Assembly (NCBI GenBank): GCA_035913415.1
Contig: JAMIIV010000247.1
Location: 16,551-80,550 of the forward strand
DNA from: Fibrobacteria bacterium
GTDB taxonomy: Bacteria; Fibrobacterota; Fibrobacteria; UBA5070
DNA length: 64,000 nucleotides
Reading direction: 5' to 3'
How positions within the stretch are numbered: position 1 is the stretch's first letter; each line of letters opens with the position of its first letter. Both the position numbers and the translations under genes were made by a program. This document shows positions 19,147-28,662 of this stretch, piece by piece. The notes under the pieces are model-generated. The model was given only the letters and a program-made list of their open reading frames with translations, did no database searches and was not told the origin of the DNA.

Positions 19147-20215
19147 GGTCGACCTCCTGGGCCTTGCGGAGGCGATCCAGATCGGAGAGGAAGTCCACGT
19201 AGTGCGGCAGCTTCCAGTGGTTGGAGAATCCCATGCTCTCGATCCCGTCGATGTGCGAAAGCACGAATTCCTGGTCTTCCGCCGGGCTGGCAGGCGCTTC
19301 GGTGCGCATGCAGCGATCGAGAACCCCCATCGAGATCGCCTTCACCTCGTTCTGGCCCAGACACATGCCGTACCCGATGTGGAATCTGGGCGTGCCGTTG
19401 GGATCGGAGAATCGAGAGACCACCTCGGCTTCCGTGGCCATGACCTCGCCGGCCACGACCTCGGCCCCGGTGATGGGGTGGCGCACCACCAGGGGAATCC
19501 ACCCCACGCGCAGTTCGGCCAAGGTGGGATGGATGTGGCCGTACCCGCGCATGCTGGAGTAGGCCAAAAACAGCAAGGCCCCCGTTTCTCCGCGGGCCAG
19601 GGATTGCAATCGCGCGCTGCGGGGCGCCGGGTACAGGATGGATTTGCGGGTGATGTCGAAGGGAGTGCCGGCATCGGGCTCGACATCCTCGACCAGGCCT
19701 TCGTGGCGCAGCAGTTCGACCACGCGCGGGAATTCGTCGGGGATGCGGAGGGTTTCAGGAAGTCCGGCGAAGAGCCGTTCCCGCACCACCTCGCGGCGTC
19801 GCACCGGATCTTCGAGGGGATCGAGCTCCAGGAGGCGCAACGTGTAGTCGCTGGTGGCACCCAGAACCTGTCCGCCGGGCACGTCCTTGAATGCCGACGA
19901 AATCCGTCGCACGACGCGCATGGTCACGCTGGAGCAGTCGGCCGATTCGCACAATCTCGGGAGCGTCGCGCGGTGCGCACGCAGAAGGAGTGCCGCTTCG
20001 AAGGTGTCGCCCGCCGCCTGGCGCAGGGCGAGGGCGGCGTGATCGGGGGCGTACAACCCGCCTTCACCCATCACGCGATCGACCGCCAGGGGAAGCTGCT
20101 CGCGGATCTGATCCAACCCAAGGGGGAGGGAACGCGAACCCGAACGACGGAATTCGTACAGGTCGCAGGCGCGTTCGATCGCCTCGCGCCCGCCTTGGAC
20201 GGCGACGTATCCCAT
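19133..20215 (-). CDS. phnI: C-P lyase subunit PhnI
   Basis: MGYVAVQGG.EAI, LAVDRVMGEG.LY, RGYG..HP..ELRVG, HWKLPHYVDF.S.L. Confidence 0.96.
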   Translation of the reverse strand: MGYVAVQGGREAIERACDLYEFRRSGSRSLPLGLDQIREQLPLAVDRVMGEGGLYAPDHAALALRQAAGDTFEAALLLRAHRATLPRLCESADCSSVTMRVVRRISSAFKDVPGGQVLGATSDYTLRLLELDPLEDPVRRREVVRERLFAGLPETLRIPDEFPRVVELLRHEGLVEDVEPDAGTPFDITRKSILYPAPRSARLQSLARGETGALLFLAYSSMRGYGHIHPTLAELRVGWIPLVVRHPITGAEVVAGEVMATEAEVVSRFSDPNGTPRFHIGYGMCLGQNEVKAISMGVLDRCMRTEAPASPAEDQEFVLSHIDGIESMGFSNHWKLPHYVDFLSDLDRLRKAQEVDRARA

Positions 20216-20781
20216 CAGAAACCTCCCTGAAGGCGTGTGGACCGGGGCAAGGCCATCACACGACCAGCCCGATCGAGGAAGAAGCAGTCCAGCCCGATGG
20301 GGTACGACGCGTTGGTCGCGCGCAGCCGTGCCCACTCTCCCGGCACGACCCCGTCCACACGAGGTGTTCGCTTATCCAGGATTCCCGGTCCGGTCCAGGT
20401 GACGTCGCCGCCATCTTCGCCGAGATTCTCGACCAGATAAACCAGGGTGGCGGATTCGTCAGGCCAGTCAGGCGACCCCATGCGCACCATGGGAAGACAT
20501 TCGGCGGCGGAACCACCACCGATCACGATCCAGCTCGCCTGTCCGAGACCCACCAGTGCGCAGCCCGACGCCCGGGCGAGGCGCGCCACCAGTTCGTCTT
20601 CCTGCGCCCGCATAGCGCACAGGGACGTCTCCGAATCCAGCACGGCACGCACCAGCATTTCGAGCGCCCCGTCGCGACCGTGCGCCTCGGGAGCCAGCTC
20701 GTGAATGGATCCGGGCCGCGCCATGGCTTGCAGCAAGGCGCGAAACGCGACGTGTTCTTCGATCGTTCTTGCGGAATCCAC
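20215..20781 (-). CDS. phnH: C-P lyase subunit PhnH
   Basis: FRALLQAMARPG...LD.ET...G....PDESATL...TGPGI...YPIGLD...ALPRST. Confidence 0.92.
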   Translation of the reverse strand: MDSARTIEEHVAFRALLQAMARPGSIHELAPEAHGRDGALEMLVRAVLDSETSLCAMRAQEDELVARLARASGCALVGLGQASWIVIGGGSAAECLPMVRMGSPDWPDESATLVYLVENLGEDGGDVTWTGPGILDKRTPRVDGVVPGEWARLRATNASYPIGLDCFFLDRAGRVMALPRSTRLQGGF

Positions 20782-20784
20782 GGT

Positions 20785-21207
20785 TCAGGCTCCCGGCATG
20801 AGGTCGAATTCGACCCGCGTGGAATCGACGAGCAGCGCCTCGTCCCGTCGGCGCTCGACGATGCGCCCCCGCGCCTGGGCCATGAGCTCCAGGACCGCCA
20901 AGGCGTCGGGATCCGTGTCGTGGTTCTCGGAGAAGACATCGACGGCCGCCGCGACCAAGGCCCGGCGCTCGTCGCCTCCCACCACCAGTCCGTACCCTTC
21001 GCGTCCACGCCAACGCACCAAGGCTTCGGCGGCGTGCACCTCGCCCAGATGGAAACGTCCCCCCAGGGATTCCAGACAGGTCATAAGGACCAGGCCTTCC
21101 CGCGGCACGCGGACCAGTTCGAGGTCTTCCGGGATCCTCTCGAGCATGCGCGAGACGATCTCCTCGTCGGCTTCGGCCAACGTTTCCCAGATTCCCGGTT
21201 CACGCAC
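20785..21207 (-). CDS. phnG: C-P lyase subunit PhnG
   Basis: GLVLM......GGRFHLGEV...EALV; C-terminal STRVEF. Confidence 0.9.
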   Translation of the reverse strand: MREPGIWETLAEADEEIVSRMLERIPEDLELVRVPREGLVLMTCLESLGGRFHLGEVHAAEALVRWRGREGYGLVVGGDERRALVAAAVDVFSENHDTDPDALAVLELMAQARGRIVERRRDEALLVDSTRVEFDLMPGA

Positions 21208-21667
21208 GATCCACCTCCCGTGGCACGAAAAAACTGACGCCGTGGGGCTGGAATCCCAGCCCTTCGTAGAAGCGATGGGCGTCCAGACGGTTGCGATTGG
21301 AATTGAGGACGAGCTTGTAACAGCCCCGCTCCGAAGCGATGACCATCGCTTCGCGCATCATGGCCGCTCCGATCCCGCATCCCCGCAGGTCTTGATCCAC
21401 CACCACGTCCTCGACCACCGCCGAAGGAGCTCCCAGGTGGGCCATGTTGTCCATCACAAGCAATGCGTAGGTACCGACGACCCGTCCCTCGCGGAGGGCC
21501 ACGCGGATCTGGTAGTCGGGATACGAAGCGATCCGTTCGAGAACCGCCAAAGCGGCCTCGTGCGTCAGGATCTGTCCGTCGTCCTGACCCAGTTGCGCGT
21601 ACAGCGGAAGCAATCCCGGAAGATCCTCCGGTCCCGCCTTGCGGAAGGTGGTCATGGGCTCGTTCAC
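21200..21667 (-). CDS. GNAT N-acetyltransferase (PhnO-like position)
   Basis: VEDVVVD..LRGCGIG..M...GCYKL.L.SN..R..AHRFYE.LGF; GTG overlaps the phnE stop. Confidence 0.85.
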   Translation of the reverse strand: MNEPMTTFRKAGPEDLPGLLPLYAQLGQDDGQILTHEAALAVLERIASYPDYQIRVALREGRVVGTYALLVMDNMAHLGAPSAVVEDVVVDQDLRGCGIGAAMMREAMVIASERGCYKLVLNSNRNRLDAHRFYEGLGFQPHGVSFFVPREVDRA

Positions 21668-22521
21668 GAAGCCTTTCCGCGCACCCAGGCGCTGACACGG
21701 TCGATCAAGGCCACGGTGGCCACGATGAGCAGGAGGATGGTGGTGACATCGCGATTCTCGTAGCTCTTGAGCTTGTCGAACAACAGCATGCCGATGCCGC
21801 CGGCGCCCGTGAATCCGAGGATGGTCGCCGATCGCAGGTCCGACTCCAGGCGATACAACGTCATGGAGACCAGGTACGGGGTGATCTGCGGCACCACGGC
21901 GTAGCGGATGATCTTCGGGGACGCCGCGCCGGTGGCGGCAAGCGCGTCGATCGGATCCCTGGAGACCCCCTCGATGCCTTCCGAGAACAACTTGATCAGG
22001 ACGCCCGAGGTGTGCAATCCCAGCGCCAGGATTCCGGGCATGGGGCCCAGTCCCACCGCCGAGACGAACAACAACGCCCAGATCACTTCGTTGATGGACC
22101 GGGTGAAGTTCGCGAACAGGCGCACCGACGAATAGAGGATCGCCCGGAGTCCCCGCCAGAACGCGGATCTTCCGGGGAAGATGATCTCCAGGGTGTTGCG
22201 GGAGGCGAAAAACGAAAGGGCGAAGGCGATGACGACCGACAGCACCAGGGCCAGCAGCGCCATCTGCACGGTCTCGACCATCGCCAGCAGGTACCTGCCC
22301 AGCATCTTCCCGTTGAGACTCGGAGGGAAGAAGCCGCTGTCGGGGATGTCGGGGTTTCCCCGCAGGTACTCGAGCATGTTCCCGGATCCCGCCCACAGCT
22401 CGCCCAACCCCATCCCCGTCTGCTGCCAGCAGACGCCGAACACCACCAATCCCGCTGCCAGAAGGCCGACGTTGACCGGGCGCAGCGGATGGGTCCGTTT
22501 CCTCAGTTCCTCGCGATCCAT
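21664..22521 (-). CDS. phnE: Phosphonate ABC transporter permease
   Basis: RSINEVIWALLFV.AVGLGP.PG.LAL, KLFSEGIE, LESDLRSATILG..GAGGIG. Confidence 0.94.
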   Translation of the reverse strand: MDREELRKRTHPLRPVNVGLLAAGLVVFGVCWQQTGMGLGELWAGSGNMLEYLRGNPDIPDSGFFPPSLNGKMLGRYLLAMVETVQMALLALVLSVVIAFALSFFASRNTLEIIFPGRSAFWRGLRAILYSSVRLFANFTRSINEVIWALLFVSAVGLGPMPGILALGLHTSGVLIKLFSEGIEGVSRDPIDALAATGAASPKIIRYAVVPQITPYLVSMTLYRLESDLRSATILGFTGAGGIGMLLFDKLKSYENRDVTTILLLIVATVALIDRVSAWVRGKAS

Positions 22522-22561
22522 CGATCGAACCTCCCGCCCGCCCGCAGGCGCGCCATGTTCG

Positions 22562-23428
22562 TCACTTCTTGTCCAGGGACTTCTTGAACTCGATCTGTTC
22601 GCGAGTGGGGTTGTACGTGGCGTCTTCGGCGCGCTCGTAGCCTGCGATCTTCAGCTTGGCCAGCACATCCTTGTCCTTCAGCCCCAGGAACGCCTCGCGC
22701 AGGGCCTTCTTCAGGCTCTCGGGGAGATCCTTGCGCCAGGCCATGGGCGATCCGGGAATCAAGGGGGAGGTCCAGATGATCTGGAAATCCTTTTCGCGGC
22801 TCCACATCTTGCCTTCACCGCGCTCCATGTCCAGGTCGTTGGTCGCCGCGATGTCGATCTTTCCCGCCTTGACCGAAAGCATGGACGCCTCGTGGGTGCC
22901 CGAGTACATCACCTTCGAGAAGTATGCGGCCGGATCGATCTTGCGCTCCTTCACCAGATAGATGGTGGGCACGAGGGTGCCGGAGGTCGAGTTGGGATCC
23001 ACGAAGGCCCAGACCTTGCCCTTGGCGGCTTCCAAGGTGTTGATCCCGCTTCCCTTCTTCGAGATGATCAGCCCGTGGTATCCAGGCTTGCCTTCAGGTC
23101 CGAGCTCCACGACGAAGCACTCGGCGTTGGCACGCGTCGCGGCCTCCACATACGACTTGGGGCCGAAATAGGCGATGTCGACGTGTTTGAACTGCATCGC
23201 CGTGATCACACCCGCGTAGTCGCTGGAATTCTGCAGCTCGACGGGAATGCCCAGGGTCTTGGTGAGGTGATCGACAAGGCCGTCCCAGCGTTCGGTCTGG
23301 TGGGACGAGGATTCCGTCGGAACGACTCCCAGCACCAGCTTCTTCGGCCAATCGGCCGGAGGGGCGCCGAAGGCGGATGAAGCGAGGACAACAAGACCGC
23401 AGGCGGCGGAAAGGATTCGGTTTCGCAT
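22562..23428 (-). CDS. phnD: Phosphonate ABC transporter substrate-binding protein
   Basis: Signal peptide; SSDYAGVITAM, YFGPKSYV, DPNSTSG.LVP, GTHE. Confidence 0.93.
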   Translation of the reverse strand: MRNRILSAACGLVVLASSAFGAPPADWPKKLVLGVVPTESSSHQTERWDGLVDHLTKTLGIPVELQNSSDYAGVITAMQFKHVDIAYFGPKSYVEAATRANAECFVVELGPEGKPGYHGLIISKKGSGINTLEAAKGKVWAFVDPNSTSGTLVPTIYLVKERKIDPAAYFSKVMYSGTHEASMLSVKAGKIDIAATNDLDMERGEGKMWSREKDFQIIWTSPLIPGSPMAWRKDLPESLKKALREAFLGLKDKDVLAKLKIAGYERAEDATYNPTREQIEFKKSLDKK

Positions 23429-23479
23429 GATGGCTCCTGGTGCGAGGGGGGGTGTGGAGGAGGGAGCGAGGAGGAGATT

Positions 23480-24346
23480 TCAGATGGCGAATGCAGGGCG
23501 GTCGGAGGCGGATTCCGGAACATCGGACAGGTCGTCTTCGTCGTCCCGGGCGCCCCGGTAGATCGCAGCCACCGCTTGGGCGTCCAACCCGGCGGGAGGG
23601 CCATCGTAGACGATGCGCCCTTCGTTGAGCCCCACGATCCGGTCCGCGTACGCGGTTGCGGCCTCGATGTGGTGCAGGTTGCACACGATGGTGATGCCGT
23701 ATTCGCGACTGGCGCGCCGGAGCGTCTCCATGACACCCCGGGCCGACTTGGGGTCCAGGGCCGAAATCGGCTCGTCGGCCAGGATCAGCGACGGCTCCTG
23801 GACGATGGCGCGCGCGATCGCCACGCGCTGCTTCTGGCCACCCGAGAGTTTGTCGCATCGGTCGAGCACGCGATCTTCCAGGCCCACCACCCGAAGGGCC
23901 TCCAGGACCCGATCGTACTGGGCGGGAGTGTACCAGCGAAGCAAGGCACGGAACAGCGGGATCCGGGACAGTTGCCCCGAGGCGACGTTGTGCAGCACCT
24001 GCATGCGCCCCACCAGATGGAACGATTGGAAGATGAACGAAATGCGTTCACGGAATCGTTCGAGCGATCGCCCGTGGAGGGAAGCTGGGCATTTCCCCAG
24101 CACCTCCAAGGTGCCGGAGACGGGAGCCAGACTTCCGTTCAGGGCCAGCATCAGGCTGGATTTCCCCGACCCCGAGGGACCAAGGATGGCCAGGAATTGT
24201 CCACACGGGACATCCAAGTCCACCTGGCGCACGACCTGCCGCTCCCCGTAGGCCAAAAGGAGGGAGCGGGCCCGGATCACGAATCCGCCGTCTTCACGGC
24301 AATCCTGGCGGGGCTGTATCGCGGTGGTCGGGATCATGGGCATCAA
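23480..24346 (-). CDS. phnC: Phosphonate ABC transporter ATP-binding protein (start 24337-24346)
   Basis: GPSGSGKSS, LSGGQKQRVAIARA, ADEPISALDP, CNLHH. Confidence 0.92.
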   Translation of the reverse strand: MMPMIPTTAIQPRQDCREDGGFVIRARSLLLAYGERQVVRQVDLDVPCGQFLAILGPSGSGKSSLMLALNGSLAPVSGTLEVLGKCPASLHGRSLERFRERISFIFQSFHLVGRMQVLHNVASGQLSRIPLFRALLRWYTPAQYDRVLEALRVVGLEDRVLDRCDKLSGGQKQRVAIARAIVQEPSLILADEPISALDPKSARGVMETLRRASREYGITIVCNLHHIEAATAYADRIVGLNEGRIVYDGPPAGLDAQAVAAIYRGARDDEDDLSDVPESASDRPAFAI

Positions 24347-24454
24347 AGATCGGGCTTGGGTGTTTCACCTTCGTTGATGGAGTGTGGCATCGATCTTTCA
24401 TTCCTCTCCGATTCCCTGTAACCTCGATGCCCCGACAGGTATCCTTCAATCATC

Positions 24455-25210
24455 ATGTGCCCCTTTTTCCACTACACCTGGCTCTCGTCGCTCCTCTTCC
24501 TGCTCTCGGGAGTCTCCCTGGGGGCCCTGGGCGCGGGAGGATCCCTCCTGGCCCTTCCCATCTTCGTGCACGTATTGGGCTTGCCTCTCCACCTCGCGAT
24601 TCCCGCCACGGCCGGAACCATCGCGGTCGCCTCGGCATCTGGGGCCTGGGATGCCTGGCGTTCAGGACGACTGGACAAAGACGTCGCCTTGCGCTTTGGG
24701 ATTCCGGGTGTGCTCTTGGCCTTGGCGGCTTCGTTCGCCGTTCCGCTGATCCCGGAAATGGTGCTTACAGGGCTTTTCGTGGCACTGCTGTTGATCGCCG
24801 GAATCCGACTGGTGGTGGGCAACGATACACCATCATCCTCCGGATCCCGCACCTGGAGGCTCCCCGTGGCCGGAGCGGTGACCGGTGCCGCCACGGGCCT
24901 CCTGGGTGTCGGCGGAGGCTTCCTCGCCACGCCGGCGCTGATCCTGGAAGGCGGGCTTTCCGCCGCCGCCGCCGCGCCGGTGTCGCTTCTGACCATGGCA
25001 TTCAACGCAAGCGCAAGTCTGGTGGGCCACATCGCGCAGGGCACCTTCCGCTGGACTCTTGTGCTGCCCGCCTTGATCGCCGTCATGCTGGGGATGGAAC
25101 TGGGAACGGTGCTGGGGCGTCGCGCCTCGCCTCGGGTGTTGCGCCTGGTGCTGGGCGCGTTGGTGCTGGGCGTCGCCCTGTTCACCACCTGGTCGACCTG
25201 GATTCGCTGA
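24455..25210 (+). CDS. Sulfite exporter TauE/SafE family protein
   Basis: LGALGAGGS.LALP and GLLGVGGGFL.TP repeats; about 8 TM segments. Confidence 0.88.
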   Translation: MCPFFHYTWLSSLLFLLSGVSLGALGAGGSLLALPIFVHVLGLPLHLAIPATAGTIAVASASGAWDAWRSGRLDKDVALRFGIPGVLLALAASFAVPLIPEMVLTGLFVALLLIAGIRLVVGNDTPSSSGSRTWRLPVAGAVTGAATGLLGVGGGFLATPALILEGGLSAAAAAPVSLLTMAFNASASLVGHIAQGTFRWTLVLPALIAVMLGMELGTVLGRRASPRVLRLVLGALVLGVALFTTWSTWIR

Positions 25211-25219
25211 CGCTTTTTG

Positions 25220-25744
25220 TCATGGACGGAGGATCACCACCGTCCCCACGCGCGTGACGCTCCAGACGGAATCGATGCCGTCGTCGGTGAGGGCGACGCA
25301 GCCCCACGTCCAATCGGTCTGGAGGGCCCGCGCTCCCCAACGTCCCATCCCCTTCGGCAGACCATGGAGCATGATGTCGCCGCCGGGCGCACAGCCTGCG
25401 GCCCTTGCCTCGCGCCTGTCGGCCGCGGAAGGATACCCGATGCGCAGGGAGCGGTGGTACTGGGACTGGTCGTTTCGGAAGTCGATCCGGTAACGCCCTT
25501 CGGGAGTCTTCCGATCTCCCTCGCATCGTTTGTCACCTCTCGGCACTTCACCCAAGGCGATCCGACTGACCTGGATCACGCGCCCGGATCGGTAGACGGA
25601 CAGTTCCCGCTTGGCCTTGTTCACCACGATCGAATCGGCTGGCTCCCCCCTTCGGGGACGCACCGACTCGCTCGGTGTTTCTGCCATCCCGAACACTCCC
25701 CACAGCAACCATACGAGCCATGCCATCGCGCTCTCCCGCATCAA
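25220..25744 (-). CDS. L,D-transpeptidase (YkuD) family protein, copy 1
   Basis: K..EGD.KTPEG.Y, GGDIMLHG, DWTWGCVAL. Confidence 0.9.
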   Translation of the reverse strand: MMRESAMAWLVWLLWGVFGMAETPSESVRPRRGEPADSIVVNKAKRELSVYRSGRVIQVSRIALGEVPRGDKRCEGDRKTPEGRYRIDFRNDQSQYHRSLRIGYPSAADRREARAAGCAPGGDIMLHGLPKGMGRWGARALQTDWTWGCVALTDDGIDSVWSVTRVGTVVILRP

Positions 25745-25871
25745 GTGAAGGGTCTTGATTCGAGGATACGCCGGTGGCGATGGCCCATGGTTCGAGAACC
25801 ATCAGGGGATTGTCAGGGTTTCGTATGCCGGAATCGCAAACCCCGGAGCGGACGCTTCGCGAGTCCAGCCG

Positions 25872-26369
25872 CTACGGATGAACGACGACGATCGTACCCA
25901 CGCGGGCAACGCTCCAGACCGAATCCATTCCCTCGTTCGTGAGAGCCACGCACCCGGCGGTCCAATCTCTCAAAACGCTTTCGACGCCCCAATCTGGCAT
26001 GCTGTTGGGCGACCCGTGGATCATGATCTCTCCACCCGGATCGCACCCCGCGGCACGGGACTCGCGACGATCGGCCGCGGAGGGATAGGAGATGCGCAAG
26101 GACAGATGGTACAGAGATTGGGGGTTGCGAAAATTGATCTTGTACCGGCCTTCCGGAGTCTTCCGATCGCCCTGGCAAAGTTTGTCCCCCTCCGCATCTC
26201 TGGCGAGGGCGATGCGACTAGCCTGGGTCACCTGTCCGCCTTTGTAGACGCGCAGCTCTCGCTGCGCCTTCCACACCACGATCGAATCGGCCAGGGCCGG
26301 AGTCACCTCCTCCTGGGCAAGAGTCGCCGCTCCCAACAGAACCAGAATCGATCCCGCGAACCGCAACAT
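25872..26369 (-). CDS. L,D-transpeptidase (YkuD) family protein, copy 2
   Basis: Signal peptide from the ATG at 26369; KTPEGRY, GGEIMIHG, DWTAGCVAL. Confidence 0.9.
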   Translation of the reverse strand: MLRFAGSILVLLGAATLAQEEVTPALADSIVVWKAQRELRVYKGGQVTQASRIALARDAEGDKLCQGDRKTPEGRYKINFRNPQSLYHLSLRISYPSAADRRESRAAGCDPGGEIMIHGSPNSMPDWGVESVLRDWTAGCVALTNEGMDSVWSVARVGTIVVVHP

Positions 26370-26506
26370 GAGCGCCTCCCGATAGGTGTGACTCCTACAG
26401 GAACCTACGGCGGGAACGAGTGTCGGGGGTGCGAATGGCATGAGAGATCTGCAAGGGATGTGTCTGGAGTGATGCAGGTCACAACCGAAACGCCCCGGTG
26501 CCATTT

Positions 26507-26523
26507 GGATGTATATTACACCC
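26507..26523. promoter_or_regulatory. GGATGY-N5-RCATCC-type operator, site A
   Basis: GGATGTATATTACACCC, 39 bp upstream of the NifB/X-like gene. Confidence 0.65.
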
Positions 26524-26561
26524 TATTAATGCTGTGCACGCCACAACCCGGGAGCTCCACC

Positions 26562-26924
26562 ATGAAAATCGCCATTCCCACCTCCGGACACGATCTCGAC
26601 GCCCCGTTGGATGGCCGCTTGGGGCGTGCCGAGCGCTTCCTGGTGATCGACGCCACCGACCTGACCTGGGAAGTGGTGGACAACACCGCCCAATCCCAGG
26701 CCAGTCAAGGTGCGGGCATCCAGGCGGCCCAGGCGCTGATCAAGGCCGGTGCCACCCGCGTGATCGCCACCCATTGCGGGCCGAAGGCATTCGCCATGTT
26801 CCAGGCCGCGGGAGTGGAGGTGTACCAAAGCGATGCGGGCCGACTACGGGGCATCCTGGAGGCATTCCTGACCGGGGGACTGCCACGTTTGAGCGGACCC
26901 GACCATCCCGGCCACGCCGCGTGA
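26562..26924 (+). CDS. NifB/NifX-family (dinitrogenase FeMo-cofactor-binding domain) protein
   Basis: MKIAIPT.G...GRLGRA..FL...N.A....GAGIQAAQ...HCGPKAF. Confidence 0.88.
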   Translation: MKIAIPTSGHDLDAPLDGRLGRAERFLVIDATDLTWEVVDNTAQSQASQGAGIQAAQALIKAGATRVIATHCGPKAFAMFQAAGVEVYQSDAGRLRGILEAFLTGGLPRLSGPDHPGHAA

Positions 26925-27781
26925 GGATCGCGGTCGCCTCCGGCAAAGGGGGAACGGGAAAGACCACCGTTTCCATCGCCTTGGCGCTGGCCAACCGCGA
27001 CCGTGTCCGCCTGGTGGACTGCGATGTCGAGGAGCCCAACGCCCATCTGTTCCTGCCCGGGCGGGAAGTCGCCACCACCGAGGTCACAGCCTCCGTCCCT
27101 CGCGTGGACCCTTCGCTTTGCACGCAATGCGGCCTCTGCGTCGATTTCTGTCAATACAACGCGCTGGCCGTGGCCGGACCCGCGGGCTTGATGGTCTTTC
27201 CCGAACTCTGCCACGACTGCGGAGGCTGCGTCCTGGTCTGCCCGCAGCATGCCTTGAGCGCATCCCCCGTCGCTCGCGGTACGGTCACGACCACCCTTCA
27301 CGATGCCACCCTTGAATTGGTCACCGGAAGACTGGCGGTGGGAAGTCCTTCGGCGCCCACGGTGATCCGCGCCACCATCCGAACCGCCCCCCTGCACGCT
27401 CGCCCCGTGGAGATCCTGGACGCTCCTCCCGGTACGGCCTGTTCCTTCGCCACCACGGTCCAAGCCGCCGACTTCTGCCTGTTCGTCACCGACCCCACTC
27501 CGTTCGGCTTGCATGACATGCGCCTGGCGCTCGAGGCCATCCGTGGCATGGGGCTTCCGTGCGCGGCGGTCGTGAATCGCTCCACCGGACTGGATGATCT
27601 GGCCGCTTCCACCTGCGCCGAGCTGGGTCTGCCCATCCTCCTGCGCATTCCCGAGAGCCGGACCATCGCCGAGGCCTACGCCCGCGGCGGAACCCTCCTG
27701 GGCACGGATCCCACCTGGAAGGACCGGCTGCGGACCCTGTTCGACACCATCGTCGCCTCGACCTCCTGGACTTCCCCATGA
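26921..27781 (+). CDS. MinD/CbiA-like P-loop ATPase with inserted 2x[4Fe-4S] ferredoxin domain
   Basis: ASGKGGTGKTT, DCDVEEPN, CTQCGLCVDFC / CHDCGGCVLVCP, DAPPGTAC. Confidence 0.9.
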   Translation: MRIAVASGKGGTGKTTVSIALALANRDRVRLVDCDVEEPNAHLFLPGREVATTEVTASVPRVDPSLCTQCGLCVDFCQYNALAVAGPAGLMVFPELCHDCGGCVLVCPQHALSASPVARGTVTTTLHDATLELVTGRLAVGSPSAPTVIRATIRTAPLHARPVEILDAPPGTACSFATTVQAADFCLFVTDPTPFGLHDMRLALEAIRGMGLPCAAVVNRSTGLDDLAASTCAELGLPILLRIPESRTIAEAYARGGTLLGTDPTWKDRLRTLFDTIVASTSWTSP

Positions 27782-28662
27782 ACGCACCCCTGGAACTCGT
27801 CGTCCTCAGTGGAAAAGGCGGCACCGGCAAGACGTCCCTCACTGCGGCCTTCGCCATGTTCGCCAACAACACCATCGTCGCCGACGGAGACGTGGACGCG
27901 GCCAACCTCCACCTGCTTCTGGATCCCACCCCTAGACGCACCGGAGAGTTCGTCGGCGGGCACGAAGCGTCCATTCGCACCGCCGACTGCACCTCGTGCG
28001 GCAAGTGCATCGAGCTGTGCCGCTTCGGCGCCATCGAGGAGGTCGACGGATGGCCGACCATCACCCATTGCGAAGGATGCGGCGTCTGTGTCGCATTCTG
28101 TCCAAGCGGAGCGATCGACTGGACACCCGCCACGACCGGATCCTGGATGGTCTCCGACAGTCGGGCGGGGATCCTGGTGCATGCGCGCTTGCGACCGGGC
28201 GCCGAAAATTCGGGAAAACTGGTCGCCATGGTCCGCGACCTGGCGCGCGAGGAAGCCACGAAGTCCCATGCCGGCACCATCCTGGTCGACGGGCCTCCCG
28301 GGATCGGCTGTCCGGCCATCGCATCCCTCTCCGGGACCCACGCCGCCGTGATCGTCACCGAGCCCACCCCTTCGGGTATCCACGACCTGCAGCGGGTACT
28401 CGACCTGTGCGCGCATTTTCGCGTACGTGCCGGGATCGTGGTCAACAAGGCCGACCTCAACAACGATGCGACCACGACCATCGGCGTGCTGGCGACCGAG
28501 CGGGGCCTTCCGCTTCTGGGAACCCTGCCGTACGACCCCCTGTTCACCGACGCGCAGAGGGCCGGACTCCCGGTGCCGCTTTTCCAACCGAACCATTCGC
28601 TGACCGCACGCCTCCAAACCCTCTGGACGGCCGTCGAAACCTGGAGCCGAACACCCCGATGA
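27778..28662 (+). CDS. Second P-loop ATPase with 4Fe-4S ferredoxin domain
   Basis: LSGKGGTGKTS, DVDAANLHL, CTSCGKCIELC, CEGCGVC..FCP, DGPPGIGCP. Confidence 0.9.
   Translation: MNAPLELVVLSGKGGTGKTSLTAAFAMFANNTIVADGDVDAANLHLLLDPTPRRTGEFVGGHEASIRTADCTSCGKCIELCRFGAIEEVDGWPTITHCEGCGVCVAFCPSGAIDWTPATTGSWMVSDSRAGILVHARLRPGAENSGKLVAMVRDLAREEATKSHAGTILVDGPPGIGCPAIASLSGTHAAVIVTEPTPSGIHDLQRVLDLCAHFRVRAGIVVNKADLNNDATTTIGVLATERGLPLLGTLPYDPLFTDAQRAGLPVPLFQPNHSLTARLQTLWTAVETWSRTPR

Noticed and set aside
24361-24450. Pho box upstream of phnC
   Set aside because: Only weak CTGTCAT-like heptamers (gtggcat, ctttcat), and they are oriented toward tauE; not distinguishable from chance
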